From Mantamonas sphyraenae STR306 (taxonomy: Eukaryota; Protista; CRuMs): a stretch of DNA of 64,000 nucleotides. This document shows positions 1-11,844 of the stretch, in pieces. Position numbers and translations under genes: made by a program. Under the pieces are notes generated by a model. That model was not told the origin of the DNA and searched no databases. It was given only the letters and a program-made list of their open reading frames with translations. The stretch is from contig JAPMXV010000051.1 in the NCBI GenBank assembly GCA_026936335.1, positions 372,001 to 436,000 of the forward strand, in the 5' to 3' direction. Position 1 is the stretch's first letter. Every line of letters begins with the position of its first letter.

Positions 1-54
1 GCCTGCCACGTGTGTCACCCGTGACCCTGTTCTTCTCTCTCTGTGTACACGTAC

Positions 55-339
55 CTCGGGCGGCAAGAGGTCGCACCATTCGTCGACGGTCTTTTCGATG
101 CTCTGCTCATGCACCACGGCGTAGTTTTCCACAGTTGTGAGGATGATGGTGCAGGCAGCACAGTCGATGGCCTTGGGTGGTCCGTCCTTGGACACCTCCT
201 GCGAAAAGCCAAACATGGTGCGCACCAGCTTTCCTGCGCTGGGCACGTCGTCCAGCGACGCTGCCACCACGCTTGCGCAGACCACGAGCAGGACAACCAC
301 TGTCACGGCTTGAATCTCCTTGTTCCGCTTGATGTACAT
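55..339 (-). CDS. AOAH: First exon of a secreted saposin-B-domain protein, most like acyloxyacyl hydrolase (runs off the left edge; not in the ORF track)
   Basis: Hand translation MYIKRNKEIQAVTVVVLLVVCASVVAAS...DCAACTIILTTVENYAVVHEQSIEKTVDEWCDLLPPE, then a GTACGT donor. Signal peptide plus a CxxC...VH...C..LP pattern like the AOAH N-terminal saposin domain. The catalytic part is not visible. Confidence 0.65.
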
Positions 340-513
340 GCCGGGTTGTTTTGGCGTCCATGGGGCCAGTGTGGGCTCGTCTCTGCTGTGTCTCCAGCAG
401 AGACAAGCCCATTGCCATTCCTCTGCCTGACTCGTTCCCGTGTGGATCTGCTTGCGTGCCGTCTGATTTTTGATGCACCGACGTTGGATCCAACGCAACT
501 CGAACGCACAGCG

Positions 514-2726
514 ATGTCCCAGTCCGACGAGTTCTTTTCACTCACATCCTCGAGCGATCCGGAGGACGTCATCATCCAGATGTGCAGACACCTGTACTCG
601 CTGGGCCACGTGTCGGGCACAGGCGGTGGCATGTCTGTTCGCGACGGCGACCGCGTGTACATCGCCGGGTCGGGTCTGATGAAGGAGCGGCTGACCAAGG
701 CGGACATTTTCCTCTTTGACCGCACGTCGCAGGAGATGGTGCGCGCAGCCACAAACCCGGGCGTGAAGCCGTCGCAGTGTACGCCGTTGTTCTTCAACGC
801 GTACGAGCTGTCGGACGCCGGCGCGTGCATCCACACACACAGCCTGCACGCGGTGCTTGTCACGGCCCTGCTGGAGCCCTCGTCCGTGTTTCGTGCACGC
901 AACTGGGAGATGGTCAAGGGTATCCGCGGGCTGTCGTACAACGATGACCTCGTGGTGCCCATCATCGACAACACAGGTGCGTTGCTCTCTCTGTGCCTGT
1001 GCGTCGCGTCGTCGTGACACAGGATTTTTTGGTTTACCCCCCCCCGGCTGTCCGGCTCACTCCCTCCCCACCCCACACGCGGTTGTCCACCACCCGACTG
1101 TGCGGTTGCTGCCCACAGCGCATGAAGCGGATCTCAAGCAGTCCATGTATGAGGCGATGAAGGCACACCCAAACACCTATTGCGTCCTCGTCCGCCGCCA
1201 CGGCGCCTATGTGTGGGGCAAAGACTGGGTTGAGGCGAAGCAGCATCTGGAGATTTACGAGTACCTCTTTGAGCTTGCCGTCAAGCTGCACACGCTGGGT
1301 CTGTCCATTGCACGCGGCGTTTCTGACGTCGTCAGTGTGGCCGACGACACGGACGCGCGCTCTGTGGTCCACGCGCGGCCTCGGTTGCCCAGCACAGGCA
1401 GCCAGGCGAGCAACGTCAGCGCCCCTCCGTCAACACAGACCCGCAAGCGCAAATTCTCCGATGCCATCGAGCAGCCCTTTTACAGCCCCAGCGTGCATCA
1501 CGCCTCTGCCAGTGGCTCCGTCAGTCCCAGCGTCACCAATGCTCCGCCTGCGCTGAAGCGGTCCTTTCTGGGGAACAGCGGTTCGTCGTCCAGCTCCAGC
1601 ACACCTACCCCCACTGCAGCCGCCTCCTCCTCCTCCTCGTCGTCGTCGTCGTCTGTGTCCTCCTCCGCCATTGTATCCTCCTCTGCCATCTCATCCCACA
1701 TTGCCAAGTACAACTTTGAGCCTTCGGAGCGCGCCGGAAGCGTGTCGTCCGGGTACAGCTCGGGCTCCGAGTTTCCCCACGAGCCCCTTTCCAGACGCAA
1801 GCGCACGCGTTCGCGCGACTCGGTGACGTCGAGTGAGTGACGATTTGGCCTTCCTTTGTGTGCGTGTGTGCGTGTGTGCGTGTGCGTCCGGCTGCTTGCT
1901 AACACACCAAGGCGCTCGCTTGCTCTGAGCAGAACTGCACACGTGGTTGAAAGACCATTGTCAATGTGTGATCATGGACATCGAGGGCACCACGACACCC
2001 GTGGCGTTTGTGCACGACGTGCTGTTTCCGTACGCCGAGGAGATGCTCCGGTCGGATTGGCTTGTGGACAACTGGAAGGAGGTGCAGGTGGACGTGGCCG
2101 CCCTTCGCGAACAGGCACTGATGGACATGGCCAACGGTGTCAAGGGGGTGATCGCCATCCCGTCGGAGCAGGAGGGAGCCACGATGGAGCAGGTGATGGA
2201 AGCGGTGCGGACGTATGTAGAACACCTCATGGACGCCGATCGCAAGGTTCCATCGCTCAAAGCGTTGCAGGGCAAGATGTGGCGAGAGGGCTATGCCAAC
2301 GGCGACCTGCAGGGCCACGTGTACGACGACGTGCCCGAGGCGATGGCCTTCCTGAGCGGCCTTTACGGCTCGAGCATCCGCGTGCCCATCTATATTTACA
2401 GCAGCGGCAGTGTGGCGGCGCAGAAGCTGCTGTTTGCAAACACAAACCATGGCAACCTGCTCAAGTATGTCAGCGGCCACTTTGACACGACCACGGGCTC
2501 CAAGACGGAGGCCGAGTCGTACACAAAGATCAATCGCATCGTGCGCCCTCCCACGTCCAACATTGCCAACAATCTCTTTCTCACAGATAGCACCATTGAG
2601 GCCATGGCTGCACGCAAAGCGGGCATGTATGTTGTCCTCGTTGACCGCCCAGGCAACAAGCCGCTTCCTCCCGACGCAGCCGATTTCAAGATCATCAAGA
2701 GCTTCAACGAGCTGTTTAGTGAGTGA
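514..2726 (+). CDS. Bifunctional methylthioribulose-1-phosphate dehydratase / enolase-phosphatase E1 (MtnB-MtnC fusion, methionine salvage), 3 exons
   Basis: MtnB motifs GTGGG, KPSQCTPLF, ACIHTHS, VLVRRHG; MtnC HAD motifs DIEGTTTP, LKALQGKMW, YIYSSGSVAAQKLLF. Introns 977-1118 and 1833-1932 both join in frame (second junction A|AA, giving SKLHTWLKDH). Confidence 0.88.
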
Positions 2727-2825
2727 GTGAGTGGGTTTGGAGCACAAGTAGACACTACAGTTTTGTTGGGATTGGTTGGCGCACACTCTGCCAAGCAAGC
2801 AACCGTCCGTCACTCTCTTGACCCA

Positions 2826-3587
2826 ATGGGCGGTGGAACCTCCAAGAACACCGGAGGGCAAGCGCCCAAACCCGAAGCACAACCAAACGACTCTGAACTC
2901 CAGGGCACAGACGTGTACGCAGAGGGTGTCCTGCTGCGGCCGTCGGGCGTCCACCTCTCGGGCCTAGATTCGGACGTGCAGGTCAAGCAGATGGCAGACG
3001 CGTACGGAATGACCCGCTCCCAAGTCGTCAACTACTGGCACCGTTTCCACATCCTTGACTACAACCAGAATGGCGTTCTCGACGCAAACGACCTTGAGGA
3101 CATTCCTTACATGGCCGAACACCCGCTCCTCCTTCGCTTCCTGACCCTGGTCTCCAACGACCACTCCGGATGTGTCACCTTTCCTGATTTCCTCGACGTC
3201 ATGCGTGTCTTTCAGCCAGAGACCCCGCTGGAGGACAAGCTCACGTGTGCGTTTTTCGCCCCTCGTTTTCGTGTGCTGGCCAAACCCCCCCTTCCCCCAG
3301 CACACACCTGCTTTCGCTGACACGCGCCTGTCAACCCACCAGTCATCTACGCTCTCCTCAACGTCTCTGACGGCAATCAAAGCCAACTGGGCCAAGATCT
3401 CCTCTCCATCTTCAAGCACGCCGAGGCCGAGCTCAACCAACACACTGTACAGGACTCCCAGCTGCCCGTCGTCCAATCTCTCAACCTCTACTGCGACGAC
3501 TTTGTCTCACTCGCCTCCTCCCTGGACGACATCGAGCAAGAGACCAGCCTCTCGCTGCCCACACCGGGACACAGCACCAACGCGTGA
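2826..3587 (+). CDS. Myristoylated EF-hand protein, calcineurin-B-like, 2 exons
   Basis: MGGGTS N-myristoylation motif; RFHILDYNQNGVLD, HPLLLRF, DHSGCVTFPDFL, EDKLTFIY. Intron 3247-3342 joins in frame. Confidence 0.75.
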
Positions 3588-3781
3588 CAGATGCGTATTG
3601 AACTGCGTATCGCTCGTGCAAGCACACCATGGAACACTGGCGTGGTAAGGCTGCGCATGCGGTGGTTTCCATAACGCACACACGGCGTTTCATTGCGAGC
3701 GGGGGTCTCCCAAGAAAAAGAGTCGCTCGATTGAAAACCTGCGTACATTTCCGTGGTTTCTCCGCACTCCTGCGTTTGCGA

Positions 3782-5073
3782 TCACAGAAAGTACGGCATC
3801 GTGGTGCGCGAGGGCGGGATCACGCGCTCGTGGTCGGGCACGGCTTCGAAAATGAAAAACTTTCGGTTCAGCTCTTCGTCAAGCGACAGAATGGCAGCCA
3901 CGTTGCCGCACCGGTAGCAGTAGTTGGGCGCACTCCACACCGTCACCAGATTCTGCTCGGGAAACATAAACTTGTATCCGTCCTGCACCAGCTGGTGTGC
4001 GCGGCAAATCAGCTCCAAGCCGTTCAGATGCACAAACTCCTTGGTCACCTTGGAGCCAAACAGCCACCCTGCTCCACGTGGGCTCACAGCCCACGTGTCA
4101 ATGTCCTCCGGATCCGACCACATCAGGTCGCAGAACGGGCCCTCGTGCGGCACCTCTTGCAGGCGCGGGATAGTGCGGATCTGGTCCAGCGTGCGGATGT
4201 CCGGCGACAGACCTCCGTGCACGCACAGCACCGACCCGTCCACCACAGCCGCCAGAGTCAGGCAGTCAAACACCTGGCAGCAGTACTTCCACGGGTTGGC
4301 GTTGCCGTACTTGTTGTTGCACTCGTCAAAGAACCCGTACACCTGCGTGATCTGCCGCGACTCGTGGTTACCACGCAGCAGTGTGATCCGTTCCGGGTGT
4401 CTGTGTGCGCACGCCAGCACTCGGTCAGTGTCCCCTGCCTCGTGTTTCCGTGCAGCCATTATCACGCCTCCCAACCTACTTTGCCTTGAGTGCCATCAGA
4501 AACGTAAACGTCTCCAGGCTGTAGTAGCCACGGTCCACATAGTCTCCCTGTCACCATCGTTGCAATTGGCCCCAGGGCGCGCCCACGCGTCAGCGACTCT
4601 CGCCTCCGCAACTCGCCTCTCAAACTCCCCCCTTCCTCCTCCCATCACCACTCCCACTTCTTGCCCTCATCCGCCCTCCCGCCACACACGCCTGGCTCGC
4701 GTCTCCCCTTCCGATAACCCATCCTGCGCCACTGCGGGCCACCCACTACGTACCAGGAAGATGTAGGACGACTCCTCGATATCCCCACCGGTTTTGAACA
4801 GCTCCAGCAGGTCGTAAAACTGGCCGTGGATGTCTCCGCAGATTGTCACGGGCGAGCTAACAGGCTGCACATTCGACTCCTCCAGCAGCAGCTCCTTCAC
4901 CTGTGTTTCTCGCCACAGACACCCGCTGAGTCAGAGGCTCCCGCGAAAATGGAAAACCCTCCCGAGCGACTCCAGCTCTCACTTACAAAATCGCAAAGGT
5001 TGCGCAGGTCCGATTCCGGCAGGTATTTACATTTGCGGATCGTTTCAAGCCAACCGTCGACGTCGTTGCCCAT
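3782..5073 (-). CDS. PPP6C: Ser/Thr protein phosphatase 6 catalytic subunit (Sit4-type), 4 exons
   Basis: [39 protein letters not shown] and the PP6-type C-terminus [15 protein letters not shown]. Confidence 0.93.
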
Positions 5074-5193
5074 GGTGATGTGATGCTGCGTGCAGGCTGG
5101 GCAAAAAGCAAAAAAGTTCTGCCGCCGCCTGCGCCCGCGTCCGTCACTCCACCCAAAAACTCGTCGCTCACCCGCACACCCGTCGCTTCCAAG

Positions 5194-5448
5194 ATGAGCT
5201 TCCGAAGGACAGTGAACAAGTCGATGGCGGAAAAGGTTATCCATGGCCAACGCAAGCAACCGGCCAGCTTCCTTGACGGCGCAAGGGAGGGCTGGCGCGA
5301 CCACCCGATGCTCACCGGAACGCACCGCGTTATGCTGCCGGGCTTTGGCACCGCCGCCGTCATCTACGGCGCCTACATGGTGCTCGACATGGCCCAGGAA
5401 AAGGGCGAGCATGCGTCCTCTTCCTCGTCATCCTCATCTTCTCATTAA
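5194..5448 (+). CDS. NDUFB3: Mitochondrial complex I subunit B12 (NDUFB3)-like
   Basis: AREGWRDHPML...LPGFGTAAVIYGAYMV matches the R.EAWR.HP...PGFG plus single TM pattern. Confidence 0.7.
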   Translation: MSFRRTVNKSMAEKVIHGQRKQPASFLDGAREGWRDHPMLTGTHRVMLPGFGTAAVIYGAYMVLDMAQEKGEHASSSSSSSSSH

Positions 5449-5804
5449 GCGAGTGGAGTGTACAGCAGCGCCGGAATGCAATCGCGCAGGTCTTTGCGAC
5501 CCTCCCACCTTGCTCCGTCCTCATCCCGTGCGCACCCTGTCTTGATACGTACGCTTTGTTCCCATCCATGGGACTGTATGTGACAATCACCACTGCTGAC
5601 CGTTCTCTGCAAAGACAAGGCGGATTTCCCCTGAGCGCACGTATCTCGTTGTCGCCTGCACTGAACCTGTCACACACTCTGCCACTCACCAAACCTTGCG
5701 TCCCATGAACCACCCCCCTTCCCCCCGGCCACATCTCTGCGCTCCTCTTGCTGGGCTTGGTTCTTGTTGGCTGAAAACTCATCTGCCCTCACATACGCTG
5801 CGCT

Positions 5805-7169
5805 TCATTTCCCCACACTCATCGGGTCAAACTCCTTCCCACTGACCAATCCATCATCCACCCACACGTTCTCCAGTCCACCCTCTTCCCCAGCGCGCAA
5901 CGGTCTGCCCTTTGCAAACGGTCCGAACTCCCAACTCACACCCACTGCCATGCCCATCACCTCGGCACTGCGTCGTGTGCCATGCATCAGCGTCATGCAA
6001 TGGCCCCACCGCACAAATAACAGCCAGAAGGACACAAGCGCGTGGCAGATCGCCACCAACTGTGGAAGCACCTTTGCACTCCCGGTCACCGAGATGACGC
6101 TGCAACACACAAGGTCACCTATCCCAGAGATAAACGTACAGAATGCAGTCGCCTTGCACAACGCCAGAAGGCCCCTGTGGTCCTTTACGGGCCAGATATG
6201 GTTGATGCCAAGCATCGTTGCCACCACCAGGTTCACAAGCACTGCTCCAAGGACGAAAATCAACGAGAAAAGATCGACGTATCCAATATCGAGTTCCCGC
6301 ACAAGCAGATCCACACCGAAGAGCACGATACTGGCCACGGCCGCAACGAATAGCTGGCGCAAGCTTCCGATTGCCTTTGTGATCTTTGCTTGTGCCTGCT
6401 CGAGAGTCGTTTCATCGGCATCCAGGATGCCATGTTCGGGCGTAAATTCATAACCTGGGCCCAGGAACGACCATACCCGCTCCATGACAACGCACCAGCC
6501 GCCTCCGACAACCATTTTGACCAAACTCAGACTCAGCACTGTCCCCAAGTACTCCTGGTATTCCCTCAACACATTGATTTGGTTTCGGCTATAATGTGTT
6601 CTTGACATCAACCGGTCGGTCCACACTGAGATGAGAGATTGTGCGCTGATGATGTCGATTACGCAAGCACAGATGGTCGCCACACCCAACACGACATGCA
6701 CGGCAGCCACAACGCGAGTATATCCTCGGAATCGCCGCACATTGAAATTTTCTGTGCAAACTTGAGCCACCGACACTGGCACCGACAGGCAACCCACTGC
6801 AATGAGTGTCAGCGGAAAATTCGCCCTCGTACGTAGCCTCAAACTCAGGCCTCAGGCAACGTACACACCACGACCGCCACGGATGCAGGAAGAAGCGGTT
6901 CGTCATCGTCCAGTTTGTACCAAGTAATGGCAACGATGCCAATCGTTACGACGAGCATCGTTGCCACATCAAGCAGCTGGAGACGGGAAAAGGATGTCAG
7001 TGTCCTGGATCTCCGAAAAGAAAAGCAACTTCCCTTGGACCACCTCACACTGACTACTCACCCCCAACAGGTGCATCATGGTTCTATTCTTCTTGACCAT
7101 GTCCAGTGCTTCCTCTTCATTTTCCGGTGTCCATCTGGACACCCAATTGCATTGCATTCGCCGCTCCAT
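5805..7169 (-). CDS. Orphan multi-pass membrane protein, copy 1 (most diverged), 3 exons
   Basis: Exon 1 MERRMQCNWVSRWTPENEEEALDMVKKNRTMMHLLG, GTGAGT and GTACGT introns, about 8 hydrophobic segments, conserved end DGLVSGKEFDPMSVGK shared with copies 2-4. Confidence 0.8.
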
Positions 7170-7191
7170 TTCTTTTGGGGTGACAACCGCT

Positions 7192-8601
7192 TCAACTCCC
7201 CACACTCATCGGGTCAAACACCTTACCACTGACCAACCCATCTCTTTCCACTCCTTTCCCATCCTCCTCATCTCTCTCCACTCCTCTCCCATCCTCCTCA
7301 TCTCGCTCCTCCACTTCGTGCTCGCTCTCCACCCTGGTCGTCGGAAACGGGTCTGTCGCCCCCCAATTCACACTTTTGTCCATTCCCAGCACCTCAAAAC
7401 TGACTTTGGCGTTGTGCACCAGCCTGTAGCACAGAATCCAGCGGTAAATCCAGAATCCCAAGGCTACAACCGCATGGATGCAGCACAGCGTAATCGCAGC
7501 AATCATCATACCTGTCCCTCCGTACCAGAACAAACCAATCAAAGACATCAACACCGTCAACGCGACGTCTCCCATCGCTCCAACGGACACGAATAACACT
7601 GTCGCCTGGATCAACCGCAGAAGGCCACGCCGATCCACGACCGGCCACTTGTGGTTGATGCCCAGCATCACAGAGGTCACCAAGTGGTACGCAACCCCAG
7701 GCGTCGCCAACACCAAACCCAACAGTAAGCCAACGACCTCCAAGTTGAGGAAAAAGACCAACTCCACCAGAAAAATACCCAGCGAGATCCCTTCCGTTCT
7801 GTGAATGACCCTCAGTGTTGTCAACACCTGCGCCTCTTTGGCTTGCGCAATTGCAACCGTTTCCGAATCGTATTCTGCTTCCAACGACTCTTTCTTCGAC
7901 TCCTTGGCGGATTCGAACGAAAACTCATCTCCCAGAAACGTCCACACTCGCTCCATGAACAGGAACCAACACCCCAGCAACATGCACACCGCTCCCAGTA
8001 CCGACATGGCTTCCATGAGTTCAATGTAGCTGTCCATCCTGCTCAAGTAGTAGCGGTGCCGGGGAATGGTCCTCAGATAGTGGTACCCGGCAGCCGCTGC
8101 GACTGCCCCCGAAATCACCATGGCCAACCCTCCCAGGCCGTGCACACCAGCCATCACGCGAGTGTATGGGCGAAGTTCCATCACCGTGCCCTTGCGAACG
8201 CACATTTGTGCCATCGCTGTCACCAGAAACAACCAACCGACTGAGGATGGGGTCAGTCGTCAAACAAAGTGTACGCGCTCCGGCTCCCACAACTCACGCA
8301 CGACAACCACAATGGATGCACCCTCATTCGCCCTGGCCCCGTAGTAGGACAGGTAGGTCGCGAAGTACGTGACATTCATTGTCAACACGATCGCCAAGTC
8401 CAGCACCTGCGGGCCCGATGTGTGTCAGCGGCGTCCCGGATTTCCAGCTCGGTCCTTCCCTCTCCCCATCCTTTCACCTACACCAACAAAGCCCATCACC
8501 CAAGAGTTCATCTTGACCAATGTCATCGCCTGGCTCTCATCTTCTGGCTTCCACTTCAACAGATTCGAGCATTTCATGTTCTCAGAATGATTGCCTTCCA
8601 T
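7192..8601 (-). CDS. Orphan multi-pass membrane protein, copy 2, 3 exons
   Basis: Exons 8601-8482, 8406-8298 and 8240-7192 splice in frame; MEGNHSENMKC...DGLVSGKVFDPMSVGS. Confidence 0.85.
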
Positions 8602-8747
8602 ACCGCCCACCTCACTCACAATCGTCACTTTGATTCACTCTTCCCTCCTCCCAACAGCGTCTTCCCTGTTCTCTCTACCCATCCCCACCCTCCTCCCGGC
8701 GATGCTCCAGCAAACGAGCAGTGACACGCCCATAGAGACTGACCGCT

Positions 8748-10152
8748 TCAACTCCCCACACTCATCGGGTCAAACGCCTTACCACTGACCAACCCATCTC
8801 TTTCCACTCCTTTCCCATCCTCCTCATCTCCCTCCACTCCTTCCCCATCCTCCTCCTCTCCCTCCTCCACTTCGTGCTCGCTCTCCACCCTGGTCGTCGG
8901 AAACGGCTCTGTCGCCCCCCAATCCACACTCTCGTCCATTCCCAGCACATAAAAACTGCCTTTGGCGTTGTGCACCAGCCTGTAGCACAGAATCCAGCGG
9001 TAAATCCACAATCCAAACGCCACAAGCGCATGGATGCAGCACAGCGTAAACGCAAGATCACCCATGTCTGTCACTCTGTAGAGCCAAAAGAAAGCAAACA
9101 ATACCGTCAACGCCAACGTCAACGCGACATCTCCCATCGCCCCAAAGGACACGAGAAAAGCAGTCGCCTGGATCAACCGCAGAAGGCCACGCCGATCCAC
9201 GACCGGCCACTTGTGGTTGATGCCCAGCATCACAGAGGTCGCCAAGTGGTACACCGTCCCAGGCAACGCAAACACCAAACCGAAGATCAGGGTACGGGGC
9301 ATGGTGAGAAAAACAACCAGCTCCACAAGGTAGAAGCCCAGGGAGATTCCTTCCGTTCTGTGAATGACCCTCAGCGTTGTCAACACCTGCGCCTCCTTGG
9401 CTTGCGCAAGTGCAACCGTTTCCGAATCATAATGTGCTTCCAACGACTCCTTGGCGGATTCGAACGAAAACTCATCTCCCAGAAACGTCCAAACTCGCTC
9501 CATGAACAGGAACCAACACCCCAGCAACATGCACACCGCTCCCAGTACCGACATGGCTTCCATGAGTTCAATGTACCTGAACATACCACTACTCGTGTAG
9601 TAGCGGTAGGTATTGGTCCTGTGGTAATGGTACCCGGCAGCCGCTGCGACTGCCCCCGAAATCACCATGGCCAACCCTCCCAGGCCGTGCACACCAGCCA
9701 TCACGCGTGTGTATGGGCGAAGTTCCATCACCGTGCCCTTGCGAACGCACATCTGTGCCATCGCTGTCACAAAAAACAACCAACCGACTGAGGAGGAGCT
9801 GGGGGGTCAGTCAAGAGTTTGCACGTTTTCAAACCCTCCCACAACTCACGCACGACAACCACAATGGATGCACCCTCATTCGCCCTGGCCCCGTAGTAGG
9901 ACAGGAAAGTCGCGAAGTACGTGACATTCATTGTCAACACGATCGCCAAGTCCAGCACCTGCGGGCCCGATGTGTGTCAGCGGCGTCCCGGATTTCCAGC
10001 TCGGTCCTTCCCTCTCCCCATCCTTTCACCTACACCAACAAAGCCCATCACCCAAGAGTTCATCTTGACCAATGTCATCGCCTGGCTCTCATCTTCTGGC
10101 TTCCACTTCAACAGATTCGAGCAGTTCATGTTCTCGAATGATTGCCCTCCAT
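8748..10152 (-). CDS. Orphan multi-pass membrane protein, copy 3, 3 exons
   Basis: Same exon structure and high identity to copies 2 and 4. Confidence 0.85.
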
Positions 10153-10295
10153 GCCGCCCACCTCACTCAATCGTCACCTGATGTACTCTTCCCTCCTCCC
10201 AACAGTGTCTTCCCTGTTCTCCCTACCCATCCCCACCCTCCTCCCGGCGATGCTCCAGCAAACGAGCAGCGACACGCCAAAAGAGACTGACCGCT

Positions 10296-11704
10296 TCAAC
10301 TCCCCACACTCATCGGGTCAAACACCTTACCACTGACCAACCCATCTCTTTCCACTCCTTTCCCATCCTCCTCATCTCTCTCCACTCCTCTCCCTTCCTC
10401 CTCATCTCGCTCCTGCACTTCGTGCTCGCTCTCCACCCTGGTCGTCGGAAACGGCTCTGTCGCCCCCCAATCCACACTCTCGTCCATTCCCAGCACATAA
10501 AAACTGCCTTTGGCGTTGTGCACCAGCCTGTAGCACAGAATCCAGCGGTAAATCCACAATCCCAAGGCCACAAGCGCATGGATGCAGCACAGGGCAATAG
10601 CTAAAGCAACCACGTCTGTCACTCTGTAGAACCAGAACGAAATAAAAAGCGTCAACACCACCGTCACCGCGACATCTCCCATCGCCCCAACGGACACGAG
10701 AAAAGCGGTCGCCTGGATCAACCGCAGAAGGCCACGCCGATCCACGACCGGCCACTTGTGGTGGATGCCCAGCATCACAGAGGTCGCCAAGTGGTACATC
10801 GCCCCAGGCAATGCAAACAGCAACGCGAAGAGCAAGCTACGTGTCATGGTGAGAAAAACAACCAGCTCCACAAGGTAGAAGCCCAGGGAGATTCCTTCCG
10901 TTCTGTGAATGACCCTCAGCGTTGTCAACACCTGCGCCTCCTTGGCTTGCGCAAGTGCAACCGTTTCCGAATCAAAATCTGCTTCCAACGACTCCTTGGT
11001 GGGTTCGAGAGAAAACTCAGCTCCCAGAAACGTCCACACTCGCTCCATGAACAGGAACCAACACCCCAGCAACATGCACACCGCTCCCAGTACCGACATG
11101 GCTTCCATGAGTTCAATATACCTGAAGATACCACTACTCGTGTAGTAGCGGTAGGTATTGGTCCTGTGGTAATGGTACCCGGCAGCCGCTGCGATTGCCC
11201 CCGAAATCAACATGGCCAACCCTCCCAGGCCGTGCACACCAGCCATCACGCGTGTGTATGGGCGAAGTTCCATCACCGTGCCCTTGCGAACGCACATTTG
11301 TGCCATCGCTGTCACAAAAAACAACCAACCGACTGAGGATGGGGGGTCAGTCGTTCTGTTCGACGAACTTTCTCGTTTTCCATTCCCTCCCGCAACTCAC
11401 GCACGACAACCACAATGGATGCATCCTCATTCGCATAGAACGCATAGGGGAACACGTATGTGCCGTAGTAGGTGATCATCATGGTCAACATGATCGCCAA
11501 GTCCAGCACCTGCGGGCCCGATGTGTGTCAGCGGCGTCCCGGATTTCCAGCTCGGTCCTTCCCTCTCCCCATCCTTTCACCTACACCAACAAAGCCCATC
11601 ACCCAAGAGTTCATCTTGACCAATGTCATCGCCTGGCTCTCATCTTCTGGCTTCCACTTCAACAGATTCGAGCAGTTCATGTTTGTAGAATGATTGCCCT
11701 CCAT
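10296..11704 (-). CDS. Orphan multi-pass membrane protein, copy 4, 3 exons
   Basis: Same exon structure; divergent from OCRL across a 140-bp spacer. Confidence 0.85.
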
Positions 11705-11844
11705 GCCGCCCACCTCACTCAATCGTCACCTGATGTACTCTTCCCTCCTCCCAACAGTGTCTTCCCTGTTCTCCCTACCCAGCCCCACCCTCCTCCCGGC
11801 GATGCTCCATCCTCCATCCTTCCCAACGAAAACATCGAGGGCAA

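Noticed and set aside
2715-2826. GTGAGT repeats at the MtnC stop as a donor fusing it to the calcineurin-B-like gene
   Set aside because: MtnC ends at its normal position and the next gene has its own MGxxxS start, which needs a free N-terminus.
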